Shown in pieces: positions 28,670-54,572 of a stretch of DNA of 64,000 bases. This DNA comes from Paraspadella gotoi (lineage: Eukaryota > Animalia > Chaetognatha), in assembly GCA_051294375.1 (NCBI GenBank), contig CM119269.1, forward strand, positions 3,281,524 through 3,345,523, written 5' to 3'. A program made the translations under genes and the position numbers. Numbering within the stretch: the stretch's first letter is position 1; each line of letters begins with the position of its first letter. The notes under the pieces were generated by a model. It searched no databases and was not told where the DNA came from. It saw nothing but the letters and a program-made list of their open reading frames with translations.

Positions 28670-29633
28670 AGAGAGAGAAGAGAGGAGGAGACGAGAGATG
28701 AGAGAGGCAGAGTGAGAGGAGAGAGATAAGAGAGAGAGAAAGAGGCGATTTTCTTCTTTTTGATTTTGCTTTACATAATACGCTTTGGAATTTCCGGTCC
28801 TTTTGGGGGGCTTTCTCCTTCCGGTTTCATCTATGTCGAGTCCAAGATTTTTCTAATGTAACAGCAGAATCTTTTCCAAAAAAAAATATATCGTGAATAA
28901 TCAAACACAATAATAAAGAAAATTTAATAATTCATGCCATTGCAGAGGAATCCAAACAATTTAGAAGAAACCCTCGAATTATTAAAATTCATTTCGAAGT
29001 TGAAAGCAAAAAGAAATCGAGAATTCTCTCGGTAAAATTTCTTGTTTCGCCTGACAAACGACGCCATTAACTTTCTGGAAACCTCGAGGCTTTTTGACGT
29101 CGACAAAGAACGAATCTCCGATTTGGTTTTTTGAAAACAACAGAAAATTAATTAATGAAAAATGGAACGAGAAAATTAGCGAGACATTTCCTCTTTTCTT
29201 TTTTTATTTATTTCTTAGTTCGTTGTTGTCGCCTGTGGTTTTTTTTTTATTTTGGTTAATTATTACAGTTTTGAGTTTTGATTACAGACAAGAGTTGAAT
29301 TACAACAAAACGCGAGGAAGAAAAAAAAAATCTTTCACTAGGAATTCCGATCGCTATCAACATCCGGGGTTACAGGAGCGTCACATTTCGAGTCACATCC
29401 TTTGAGTCACTCGATTCTTCCTCGCGGAAACGGAAGAAAAAAGAAAATCAGGAAAAGGAGAGAACAATAATGTTTTGGTTATTAGGAGGACATCGATGGT
29501 CGACGTCTTTGCCAACTCTGTGTCGTTTGACGCCCGACCAATTTGTTCACCCACCCCCCGCACATCGGCCACACTTCCTTTTTCCTTCTAGAAAAAACAA
29601 AGTCAACGTCCAAAATCAGTCAAACTTTCTGCC
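28311..29633 (+). repeat. Block E, copy 1 (copy 2 at 36401-37526; inverted copy 3 at 37552-38816)
   Basis: All copies begin cccccatcggg(c)attcaccggatcgggg next to a GA tract. Copies 2 and 3 face each other across the 25-N gap at 37527-37551. Confidence 0.9.
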
Positions 29634-31590
29634 GTTTCATTTCTACGGTTGACTGCTACTTCTGTTCAGTATTTTTTCAGATGCTTTCATCCATTCATCA
29701 TTCATTGTAACAATTTTTCTAAAGCAGACTATTAAGGATTACCAATTGATTCATAAATTTAAACCTTATTGCATTTATGGTGTTAATTATCCGTTCTACA
29801 AGTTCCTGCGTTTCGGGTGGCTTGCGGCCCACGTTTATTAAAAAAAACACCCCGTCAACTCCCTTCTAAACGAAATTAGGATTTATTATTGTTAATATTT
29901 TATTATATTTATTATATTCAAATAAATGCCCACACTGCCCAAAATTTTTAAAAAAGGCGCAGTCCTCCTGTTAGCTCAAGCCTCACTACTACATAATAAA
30001 TCCTCGCCGATGTTAATTGTTTTACTCCTCAGAAACTTCTCTTTTATTCTTTTTTTTTACAAGGTTTGCAAAGGTTTTGATTTTTCACTCTCGGAAACTA
30101 ATTCTGCATTATTTATAACCCTTAAAAAATCTGGATTTATACTGAGCATTCTGCTCGTTGTTCTCACCGCGAATGGCCCAGGAATTCCTCACCCACCATC
30201 TACATCAAACCGTTCCCTTTCTTCAGATTTTCCATCGAAAATAAAAAAAAAAAAAGAAAAAACTAAATTGTCCGATTGGATATTAAAAAGCCGGAAGTCG
30301 GGATTTGCGCGGCGACGATGAGACTTTGTTGTCGTTTGTGTTGTCGTTTTATTCGTCTTCTTTCACGACGCCGCCGCTTTTGGCCGCCGCTGCCGCCCGC
30401 CTCAGCCCGCCGAACGAGGGTTTGCGGCCGCGCCAGCGGCTTACCTCTCTTTCCTCCGCCGCCACTTCAGGCTTTTGGTCTGCGCGCCCACAGCCCTTTC
30501 ATAAATCTGTAACTTCCCTAAACAATTATTAATAACAACAACAAAACAACACAACACAGACAGTGCAATTGTGACTATTTTTTTTGCGAGTGACGTTTTA
30601 GAAAATATGTATCTTCAGACTTCCAGAATGTTTAGAAAGCTCGGAGAAGAATAGGGTATGACAACGACTGAACATGCACGAAATATAATAAAAGACGACG
30701 ATGACGATATCTACCAGAATTGTGACAATGATCAGGACGATCTTGTACGGCCGACAACGACGACGACGGGACAACGACGACGACGACAATGCGACAACAG
30801 AAAGGCGACGCGAGACAGACCATTCTGGTTTTTTTTTTCCGTCGAATAAATCTTATCTAACAAATCCTTTGTCACGGAAGAGGGCGTTTGAACGAGGAGT
30901 TTTTATCTTATTCTACGCGCAAGAAATAGTACTAGTTATTTTAAAAATTAAAACCACGAAATTTTATCATTTTTTTTCTTATTTTTTTTTATTATTTACT
31001 TAAAAGCAAGTTTTCCGTGGAACGGAACGGCTGAAAGAGGCGCCCGCCTGTTGCGCTGAGAATTTACGAGCCGAAGGAGATGCTTTGTGATGGCGCCGAT
31101 GAGATTTTATTTCCGGTGGTTAATAGACTGTTATGTGGTGGCGAGATAAAGAAACGGTGAGGAAAAAAAAAAACTGGCCGAGTTGAAATATGACCTCTTA
31201 CACACAAATAGTTAAAGAATCCCGACGAGAAAATCAATCTTAAGCGACTTTCTTTGCAATTTCATCAACGTTTCAGATCATTCAACCAGAAGAGAATTAG
31301 TTAAAAATGATTAAATGAATATTATACTATTATCTATGCCATCTTTTAAACAACCGATCACATGAAACCAAAGCTTCCATGTGAATTTCAATGATCGGTT
31401 TTCATTTCCTTTCCTCCAGATCTTACACCGACTGGCGAATCTATTAACTTGGAAAGTCGGGCAAGATACAAACGCTGTCGTCCGCGACCTTCAGGCCGAC
31501 AGCATATCAGCATCGAAACTCTCTTGGGCCGACATCATCGACGCCGTCAGTAAGTACAGCGTTTCTCTGCCTCTCTCTCTTCTCCTCTCT

Positions 31591-31639
<49 letters not shown>

Positions 31640-31643
31640 CTCT

Positions 31644-31692
<49 letters not shown>

Positions 31693-34600
31693 CATCATCG
31701 ACGCGTCAGTAAGTACCCAAGCCGTTCTCCTCTTCCTCTCTCTCTCTCTGCTCTCTTCTCTCTTTCTTTCTCTCTCTCTCTCTCTTTACTCTCTCATGCG
31801 ATCACCCGTCAGTAGTAACAGGCCGTCTCTCTTCTCTCTCTCCGCCTCTTCCTCTTCTCTCGTCTCTCTCTCTCTTCTCTCTCTTCCTCTCTCTCTCTCT
31901 CTCTCTCTCTCTCAGGTAGATACAGCGTCATTTCAGAAGAGGAAGGTATATTTGTGTTAGATGCGAATTACTCGCACACTTAATCAAAGTATCCGCAGTC
32001 TGTATTTTCTTTCTCTCTCTCTTTCTTTCTTTCTTTCTCTCTCCCTGTCTCCCTCTCCTCTCTCTCACTTTCTCCTTTTATTTCTTTCTTTGTCTTTAAA
32101 ATTTTGTTACAAGATATGCCACTAAGCTTCTTGTTTGTCGGTTATAGCCAAACGAAAAAAAAAAAAACATTTAGAACAGTAATATTTATTAGAATGTTTT
32201 TAATTTGCTAAGCTCGCCGCTTACTGTATTGCATGAAAGAATTACTAACTCAAATAACTAATAATAGTTGTTAAATCTCAGGAAGTAAATCGAACGGTTG
32301 ATTTTAAAAGAAATATATATTTAAAAAAGTGAACGATAATGTGACATTATATCTGATAATTTTTTTCCATGATACATGTTAAAACATTTTTGGAAAAATT
32401 ACTATTAGCAATTAATTGAAATTAAAAATTAGTCTGATAGATTGAATGCTTGTTCCCGAACGATTGTCACTCTAAAAAAATATTTTTTATAGCCATAATT
32501 TTTGAACGATTCAATTTGTTTGTTGACTCATGGTAGATTCATGCTCTTGGACAAAACGGTTCCAGTTAATTGGCTAACTTGTTTTGCTAAGTGGCCGACT
32601 ATTGACTAGCTCTGTGGCGCAAAAAAATGTTTATATTTTTCCGTCGTCTGGTTTGACCAATGGCACCAATTCTTCGTATGAGAACCAGCTTTGATACCGA
32701 GGATGCGGCGAAATAAAAAACAGATCCAACAAAAAAAAGAACTAAAAAAATAATAAAAGTGATAATAACTGAGTTAGCTTTTTTTCTAGTTTTTTTTCAT
32801 AATCAAACCAATTGGATATGGGCAGAATTATATGTTTATTTCTTGCTTTTGAGCTTTTTTTTTATGTCCAATTGTTGTGGGTAAAGTTAAAACTTTTAAG
32901 CTAATTTATACAAAATTCTAAAAATGTAACTCGGAAAAAAATAACAATCTCGCGTACGTATAAGCAATAAGTTATGCTTTTTTTAAAAAAAATATATATT
33001 TACGCACGAAAAAACCAAGCATTTTTTTGTCGAGCAGCGCTGCCTCAACCACCTTTTCACTCGATTGAGCTATAGCAACTGCCGCCATCTACGTAGCAGG
33101 ATTACTTGCATACCTTTTTCACTTCCTTGATCGATGCAAATGTTGCAACGTTTCTTACTCTTGACGATGGCAGCTGCCTGCAACCTTTTTCACTCCTTGA
33201 CAGCAACTGCCGGCACGCCGCTTTAGACCGATCTTCCTCATACAGTTGTGGCGAGTGGAGACGAGGGGGCGGCGGGGAGTAGCTTGTGTCGGCGGCACCG
33301 CCGCGTATCGAGAAGGTCTTCGTGTTGAGGCAGCGGATCCTTTCTTTCCACTCTGTCCCATAGGGCGTCGGCAACCCTTCGAGGACGGCTCTGTCTCGTT
33401 GATCTTTGGGCCAATCGAGCGGTATGTGACACTGGCAACGAATGATTAGATGGTTTTGTAGGGGAAGAAAATTAAGTATTTTGTCTCTTGACGTGAAAAA
33501 AAACTGATGAATAAAGAAAAAAAAATAAGTAAACTAACAATAAATAAGCTTCGGAAATAAATAAGAAATGTAAACAATAAATAATTAAATAAACTAATGG
33601 AAATCAGAAACAAACTTAACAAGGAGAATGAAGTTCTAATGAAATTAGGAGATCAACGGAAAAGATTAACAATTGAAAGAGGGAACGACTAAATCAAATG
33701 GAAAGACTGAAAGACTTAAAATAAAGAAAGGACTGGAAGGACTAAAAGAATGAAGACTGAACGACTAAAAGAATTGAAAGACTAAATGACCTAATCAATG
33801 AAAGAGTGATACGACTTAAAAGAATGAAAGACTGAACACTTAAAAGATAAAAGACTGAAGGACTAAAATAATGAAAGACTTTGAACGATTAAAGAAAAGA
33901 AGACGTGAAGGTCAAAAATAGTATGAAAGACTGAACGATTAAAGAATGCAAAGATGGAACAACTAAAAGAAGAGAAGACTGAGGACTTAAAGAATGAAGA
34001 CTGCCTTGAACGACTAAAAGAATGAAAGAACTGCAAGGACTAAGAGAATGAGAAGAGCTGAACGACAAAGAATGAAAGGTGCTCAGCCTCCAAGTTTTGA
34101 ACTCTCTTCTCCCAGTGAATTCGTGTTGTTGTTTTTCCGATCGATGAGAAGGTCGAGGTCTTGTTGAAACCGAAGGTCAGCGGATTCGGCGGAAGTTTGC
34201 GATTCTCTTTCGTTCGTTGTTCCCTGAGGTCGAAAAAGTTCGTTCAAGTCGATCGATCCATCCGATCCATGGGAAAATAAACAAAGGAACCAACAGAGGA
34301 TGATAACAAAATGAAAACAAGAATGCTTGACAGCGTTTATGTATTATCCGGCATTTTGTAAAGGAGCAGATTTTGGATGCTTATTGTAGTGATCATTTTT
34401 GACGTAAAACGCGTGTTATCAATCTATAAATATGGTTGTATCCGTGTCAACGTGATTAAAAGACTCCAATTTAATCGTTTCTGCAATTATATAAATTTAA
34501 GAACAAATGGTATTTGAATCGACATATTTAGAAATTCAGATATGCACAAAAAAGTTTTAATTAAGGGACGTACTAAATTGAAATGGAGACTCACTCCACC

Positions 34601-35157
34601 TTTGTATTCTGCTATCGTCTTTCCAACACTTTCCTCTGTATCGTTCGAACTCGATCCTGATTTGATTCATGGAGTTTTCCGCGTTTCTTCCCCGAGATTT
34701 GCGTCTGGTATTTGTCGGCGGCATCTCGAGTATTGCTTTCTCCACCGTGACTTCGTCGTGCACGATCCGTGTAGCGACGTTGTGATGGACAGACAGTGAC
34801 ACTTAGCCCGGCGCAGATGCGGGCAGTTGCACTGGGTGAGGTTGGAGGGCAAGTTGTCATTGAGAGTGGTTTGACTAAGTTTTCCGTTTTGAGAATGCGG
34901 TGTTATAAAGCCTAAATTATATTTGATTGGTTGGATTTATTTTTAGTATATTTTTTTTCGGTATATATTTTTGTATACGTCTGTTGGTTTTTCTTTCTTC
35001 GTTGGTTATTGATGATTGCGAAAAATCTTTGATTGTCACAACGAATTTTTTTGATAAACATATATTTTATTTTTCTCTCTTTCATGTCTTTAATCTTGTT
35101 TGTTTGTTTGTTTATTTTCTATTGTTTTTCTTTCTTGTTTCTTGTCTTTCCTCTGTG

Positions 35158-35214
<57 letters not shown>

Positions 35215-36345
35215 TTTCTTTCTTTCTTTCTTTCTTCCTTTCTTCTTTCTTTCTCTGCCTCTCCCCTTTCCCCCCTTCACCCTTGGATCCATGCGGGCAT
35301 GGACTTCTCCTCGTCCTTGGGAGTGACAGGAAGTGACACGTGTTGTTGCAAGTGAGCGTTTGGTGTCGTAGCCGATTGGTACGACTCTTTCCTCATCTGA
35401 TCTCGTTCGCTTGTGTACTTTGAAGTTTTGTTGTCGTTGTCAGTGGAGTTGTTGCGGTTGGACGATTGTCCCCATCTTGCTTGACTGTTCAGTCTTGGCA
35501 ATCTCGCGGGTTTCCTAGCGAGAGAGGGTGGCGGGTGGTGGAGGTGATGGTGTTTCATCGGGATGGTGGGGGTGGAGAGGATGCGAGAAAAAGGAGATTG
35601 GATTTTATCCGACCGAAAGAAAAAAAAAAACTTTTTTTTTAAAAAAACTTTTTTTGAAATTAACAAACAGACGGCCGCTTTGGAGGAAAAAGCCAAGAAA
35701 AACCAAGTTCGGGACTACTAAAAATTCGAATGATTTAAAAAAAAAAGAAAAATATATTTTTGGATGAACTTAATAAGAAATTATTTTGAATTTAAAGTTT
35801 TTTTTAATGTTGCGCGCCCACCATTCTTTAAAATATTAATCAATGTAAAAAAAGGCACTCTGAAACTATACAAAACGGCAACGTGTTTAAAAAATAGCGT
35901 TGCTTCATTTTTTTAAAAAAATATGTGCTACCTGTTGCAAAGCCTCGACTCGCTTGCAGATGACTCCGCCTGATTCAAAGACGCTTTGCGTCAACGTGAG
36001 ATCTTCGTGGGTCTGTGTTCAGAGTTGTTGAAGAGATCTCTCGGGCCTCCCATGTTCCGACATTGCGAGGGAAGGGATTGCAGTTTTACAGTTAAAAATA
36101 GAGAGTGAAGCTGCACTGCCAGTCATGCCTCTCCATAAGGTCGTCGATTGAACGTTGGTTGTGGCGTCGGTTTGTTGGAGCGTAAGAGCCCGGTTGTTGC
36201 ATCTTGCAGAGAGAGTGAGGAATCCCGTCTCGTGGCGGCATGGCGGTGGGCGTTGCCGTCGGCCGAAGTGAACCGCACCCTGAATTCTCGCCCGTGTTCT
36301 TTGCACATGTGAGAGAATGGCGTTGAAGAGTGAGCTGAGCTGGAT
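29634..36345 (+). repeat. Block V, very noisy copy of ~39026-45185 (includes damaged NAV CH exon at 31420-31549 and the 3' half of the GTPase gene)
   Basis: Collinear from gttgactgctacttc to gagctg. The dense 1-bp insertions resemble raw long-read error. Confidence 0.9.
33030..36337 (-). pseudogene. Frameshifted duplicate of the GTPase gene 3' exons (probably an assembly artefact rather than a true pseudogene)
   Basis: Fragments such as SVHHNV..RIVHDEVTVEK, MNQIRIEFE, MRKESYQS and FNAILSH match 42024-45171. Confidence 0.6.
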
Positions 36346-36361
36346 GAGGGAGTGAGAATTG

Positions 36362-36400
<39 letters not shown>

Positions 36401-36701
36401 CCCCCATCGGGATTCACCGGATCGGGGGTGTGTGCCGTTGTTTATTTCTGGTTAAAATAGTTCCGTTATCTGCTTCATCTCTCTGGTCTGCTAAAGGGAC
36501 TTCACTTTTCACCGACGATTTGGGTAACGGGATTGACCAGATAATTTTGTGCACACGGTCCGGATAAAATCCGTCCAATAACGTTAGAGATCGAGATCAT
36601 CTTATGCCGCGATATTTTAATTGAACATCAAAAAATGGGCAATTCCGGCTTTCTTAGTAACTCAAACCATATTTGAGAAGAGCAAGGTCGATTGAGAGAG
36701 A

Positions 36702-36761
<60 letters not shown>

Positions 36762-37526
36762 CGATGAGAGAGAAGAGGAGAGGAGAGGGAGAGAAGAGAG
36801 AGAGAGAAAGAGGCGATTTTTCTTTTTTTGATTTGTTACAAATACGCCTTGGAATTTCCGTCCTTTTGGGGGGGCTTTTTCTCCTTCCGGTTTCATCTAT
36901 TGCGAGTCCCAAGATTTTTCTAATGTAACAGCAGAATNNNNNNNNNNAAAATAAATGTAAATAATCTAACACAATAAATAAAGAAAATGTAATAATCATG
37001 CCATTGCAGAGGAATCAAACAAAGTTTAGAAAACTCTCGAATTATTAAAATTCATTCGAAGTTGAAGCAAAAAAGAAATAAGAATTTCTCTCGGGTGAAA
37101 TTTCTTGTTTCGCTGACAAACGACGCCATTAACTTTCTGGAAACCTCGAGGCTTTTTGACGTCGACAAGAACGAATCTCGATTTGGTTTTTGAAACAAAA
37201 GAAAATTAATTAATGAAAAATGGAACGAAAAATTAGCGAGACATTTCCTCTTTCTTTTTTATTTATTTCTTACGTTCGTCGTTGTCGCTGTGGTTTTTTT
37301 TTGGTTAATTATACTGTTTTGGTTTTGATACAGACAAGAGTAGAATCAACCAAACGCGAGAAGAAAAAAAATCTTTCACTAGAAATTCACGATCGCTATC
37401 ACATCCGGGTTAAGGAGCGTCACATTCGAGTCACATCCTTTGGTCACTCGATTCTCCTCGGCGGAAGAAAAAAGAAAATCAGGAAAAGGAGAAGAAAATA
37501 ATGTTTTGGTATTAGGAGGACATCGC
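36401..37526 (+). repeat. Block E, copy 2
   Basis: Matches 28311 onward; contains a 10-N gap and ends at a 25-N gap. Confidence 0.88.
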
Positions 37527-37551
37527 NNNNNNNNNNNNNNNNNNNNNNNNN

Positions 37552-38448
37552 CGGCAGAAAGTTTGACGAATTTTGACGTTGACTTTGTTTTTTCTAGAGG
37601 AAAGGAAAGTGTGGCCGATGTGCGGGGGGTGGGTGACAAATTGTCGGCGTCAAACGCGACAGAGTTGCAAGACGTCGACCATCGATGTCCTCCTAATACC
37701 AAAACATTATGTTCTTCCTCCTTTTCCTGATTTTCTTTTTTCTTTCCGCTGAGGAGAATCGAGTGACCAAAGGATGTGACTCGAATGTGACGCTCCTTAA
37801 CCCGGGATGTGATAGCGATCGTGAATTTCTAGTGAAAAGATTTTTTTTTTCTTCTCGCGTTTTGGTTGATTCTACTCTTGTCTGTATCAAAACCAAAACT
37901 GTATAATTAACCAAAAAAAAAAACCACAGCGACAACAACGAACTAAGAAATAAATAAAAAAGAAAAGAGGAAATGTCTCGCTAATTTTTCGTTCCATTTT
38001 TCATTAATTAATTTTCTTTTGTTTTCAAAAACCAAATCGAGATTCGTTCTTGTCGACGTCAAAAAGCCTCGAGGTTTCCAGAAAGTTAATGGCGGTCGTT
38101 TGTCAGCGAAACAAGAAATTTTACCCGAGAGAAATTCTTGATTTCTTTTTTTGCTTCAACTTCGAAATGAATTTTAATAATTCGAGGGTTTTCTAAACTT
38201 TGTTGTATTCCTCTGCAATGGCATGATTATTAAATTTTCTTTATTTATTGTGTTTTGATTATTCACATATTTTTTTTTGGAAAAGATTCTGCTGTTACAT
38301 TAGAAAAATCTTGGACTCGCAATAGATGAAACCGGAAGGAGCCCAAAAGGACGGAAATTCCAAGTCGTATTTGTAACAAATCAAAAAAAGAAAAATCGCC
38401 TCTTTCTCTCTCTCTCTTCTCTCCCTCTCCTCTCCTCTTCTCTCTCTC

Positions 38449-38518
<70 letters not shown>

Positions 38519-38816
38519 CACCTTGCTCTTCTCAAATATGGTTTGAGTTACCTAAGAAAGCCGGAATTGCCCATTTTTTGATGTTCAATTAAATAATATC
38601 GCGGCATAAAGATGATCTCGATCTCTAACGTTTATTGGACGGATTTTATCCCGGACCGTGTGCACAAAATTATCTAGGTCAATCCCGTTACCCCAATCGT
38701 CGGTGAAAAGTGAAGTCCCCTTTAGCAGACCAGAGAGATGAAGCAGATAACGGAACCATTTTACCAAAGAAATAAACAACGGCACACACCCCCGATCCGG
38801 TGAATCCCGATGGGGG
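37552..38816 (-). repeat. Block E, inverted copy 3
   Basis: Reverse complement of 28311-29633. Confidence 0.88.
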
Positions 38817-40374
38817 TTCTCATCTTCTCTCTCTCTCTCTCTTCTCTCTCCTCTCTCATCTTGCCTCTCTATCTATCTAACGTGCTCTCTCTCTCTCTCT
38901 CTCTGCTCGTTCTCCGCTCCCTCGTCGTCTTCAACTCATCTTCTCTCGGTGCTCCTTCCGAAACCCGTCGTCTGCCGTATCCGCCTCGCGTCATCCCTCC
39001 TCGCACGTAGCCTCTCTCCCGGTCTCCGTTCAATTTCTACGTTGACTGCTACTTCTTGTTCAGTATTTGTTGCGTGGCATTGAATATTAAATTATTACAA
39101 TGTTTTCCACATTTCATTTCATTGTAATTTTTCTAACGAGTATAAGGATACCAATTGATCATAAATTTAACCTTATGCATTAGGTGGTTAATTATCCGTC
39201 TACCAAGTCCTCGCGGTGCCAACGTTAAAAAAAACACCCCAATCCTATAACGAAATAGGATTTATATTTTAATATTTTATTTATATTTATTATAATTCAA
39301 ATAAATGCCCACACTGCAAAATGTTTTTAAAAAAGGCGCAGTCCTCCTGTTAGGCTCAAGCTCACTACTACATAATAAATCCCGCCGAGTTAATGTTTTA
39401 CTCTCAGAAACTTCTCTTTATTTTCTTTTACAAGTTTGAAAGTTTTTTTTTTCACTCTCGGAGGTAATTTCTCCATTATTATAACCAGTTAGCCTAAAAA
39501 ATCTGGATTTATTTGAGCATTCTGTTCGTTGTTCTCACCCGAATGGCCCCAGAGTTCCTCACCCACATCACCATCAAACTCGTTCCCTCCTTCAGACTTT
39601 CCATCGAAAAGAAAAAAAAAAGAAAAACAAATGCGATTGGATATAAAAAGCGGAAGTGGGATTTGGCGGCGACGGAGACCTTGTTGTCGTTGTTGTCGTT
39701 TTATTCTTCTTTCACGACGCCGCCGCTGCCGCCGCTGCCGCCGCCTCAGCCGCCGAACGAGGTTGCGGCGCGCCAGCGGCTTCCTCTCTTTCCTCCGCCA
39801 CTTCAGCTTTGTCTGCGGCCCACGCCCTTTCATAAATCTTCACTTCCCTAAACAATTATTAAAACAACAACAACAACAACAACAAAGACGTGAATTATGA
39901 CTATTTTTTGCGAGTGACGTTAGAAATATGTATCTCAGACTTCCAGAATGTTTAGAAAGCTCGGAAGAATAGGGATGACAACGACTGCAACATGGACGAA
40001 ATAATAAAGACGACGACGACGAATTCTACCAGAATTGTGACAATGATCAGACGATCTTTACGGCGACAACGACGACGACGACAACGACGACGACGACAGC
40101 GACAACGAAAGGCGACGAGACAGACCATTCTGAGTTTTTTTTCCGTCGAATAAATCTTATCAACAAATCCTTTCACGAATACATTGAAGAGGGCGTTGAA
40201 CGAGGATTTTTATCTTATCCTACGGAACGAAATAGTACTAGTTATTTTAAAAATTAAAACCACAATTTTATCATTTTTTTTCTTATTGTTTTTTATTATT
40301 TACTTAAAGAAGTTCCGTGGTCGGAACGGCGAAAGAGGCGCCGCCTGTCGAGCTGAGATTTACGAGCGAAGGAG

Positions 40375-40446
40375 ATGTTTGTGATGGCGCCGATGAGATT
40401 TTATTCCGGGTGGTTAATAGACTTTATGTGTGGCGAGATAAAAACG
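40375..40446 (+). CDS. Candidate alternative first coding exon of neuron navigator (MFVMAPMRFYSGWLIDFMCGEIKT)
   Basis: ATG, 24 open codons, then a phase-0 donor ACG|GTGAGG 248 bp upstream of the CH exon acceptor. Confidence 0.35.
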
Positions 40447-40694
40447 GTGAGGAAAAAAAAACACTGCCGAGTGAAATATGACCTCTTACACACAAATAGT
40501 TAAAAATCCCGAGAGAAAATCAATCTTAAGCGACTTTCTTTGCAATTTCATTCAACAGTTTCAATCATTCAACCAGAGAATTGTTAAAAATGATTAAATG
40601 AATATTATACATTTTATTATGCATTTTAAACAACCGATCAATGAACCAAAGTTCCATGTAATTTTAATGATCGTTTTCATTTCCTTTCCTCCAG

Positions 40695-40815
40695 ATCTAC
40701 ACCGACTGGGCGAATCATTACTTGGAAAAGTCGGGCAAATACAAACGCGTCGTCCGCGACCTTCAGGCCGACATCAGCGACGGAACTCTCTTGGCCGACA
40801 TCATCGACGCCGTCA
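40695..40815 (+). CDS. NAV2: Neuron navigator (NAV/unc-53/sickie) calponin-homology domain exon
   Basis: ttcctccag| IYTDWANHYLEKSGKYKRVVRDLQADISDGTLLADIIDAV |gtaagt closely resembles the NAV CH-domain start (IYTDWANHYLAKSGHKRLIRDLQQDVTDGVLLAQII, recalled). Symbol denotes the family, not a specific vertebrate paralogue. Confidence 0.92.
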
Positions 40816-41867
40816 GTAAGTACAGCGTCATTTCAGAAGAGAAGGTATATTGTGTTAGTGGAATTACGCACACTTAATCAAAAGTATCCGCAGTCTTTAT
40901 TTCTTTCTCTCTCTCTTTCTTTCTTTCTTTCTCTCTCCCTGTCTCCCTCTCTCTCTCTCACTTTCTCCCTTTTATTTCTTTCTTTGTCTTTAAAATTTTG
41001 TTACAAGATTGCACTAAGCTTCTTGTTTGTCGTTAAGCCAAACGAAAAAAAAAACATTAGAACAAGTTAATATTTATAAATGTTTTTAATTTGCTACCGC
41101 CGCTTACTGTTTGATGAGAAGAATTACTAACTCAATACTAACTAAATAATAGTTGTTTAAATCTCAGAAGTAAATCGAACGGTTGATTTTAAAAGAAATA
41201 TATATTAAAAAGGAATCGATAATTAAGACATTATATGCTGATAGTTTTTTTCCATGATACATGTTAAAACATTTTGGAAAAAATACTATTAGCAATAAAT
41301 TGAAATTAAAAATATCTGGATAAATTAATGCTTGTTCCTAAAAGATTGTCACTCTAAAAAAATATTTTTTAAGCCATAATTTTTGAACGATTCAATTTGT
41401 TTGTTGACCATGTAGATTCATCTCTTGCAAAACGGTTCCATGTTAATGGCGAACTTGTTTGCTAAGTGGCGACTATTGGACTAGTTGTGCCAAAAAAATG
41501 TTTATATTTTCCGTCGTGGTTTGACCAATGGCCCATCTTCGTATGAGAACCAGCTTGATACGAGGATGCGGCGAAATAAAAAAACAATCCAACAAAAAAA
41601 AGACTAAAAAATAATAAAAGTTGAAATAACTGAGTTACTTTTTTCTAGTTTTTTTCATAATCAAACAATGGGATTAGGAGAATATATGTTTATTTCATGC
41701 TTTTGAGGTTTTTTGTATTCAATTGTTGGGGTAAAGTAAAACTTTAAGCTAATTTATACAAAAATTCTAAAAATGTAACCGGAAAAAAATAACAATCTGG
41801 TACGGTATAAGCAATAAGTATGCTTTTTTAAAAAGAAATATATTACGACGAAAAAAAAAGTATTTTT

Positions 41868-42023
41868 GTCGAGCAGCTGCCTCAACCACCTTCACTCATT
41901 GACTAGCAACTGCCGCACCCTTCTTAGCTCTTTGACGAGCAGCTACTGCAACCTTTTTCACTTCTTGACGAGCAAATGTTGCAACTTTCTTCACTCCTTG
42001 ACGGGCAGCTGCTGCAACCTTTT

Positions 42024-42050
<27 letters not shown>
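41868..42050 (-). repeat. 33-bp tandem repeat (~5.5 units) at the 3' end of the GTPase gene
   Basis: Minus-strand units such as gcagttgcttgtcaaggagtgaaaaaggttgca read AAVACQGVKKV/AAAARQGVKKV/ATFARQEVKKV/AVAARQRAKKG/AAVASQ. Confidence 0.85.

Positions 42051-54572
<12,522 letters not shown>

Noticed and set aside
39489-39900. Arg- or Ala-rich ORFs (e.g. minus-strand EVKIYERAW...AAAAS*)
   Set aside because: Driven by GCG/ACA triplet repeats; no partner exons or recognisable domain.
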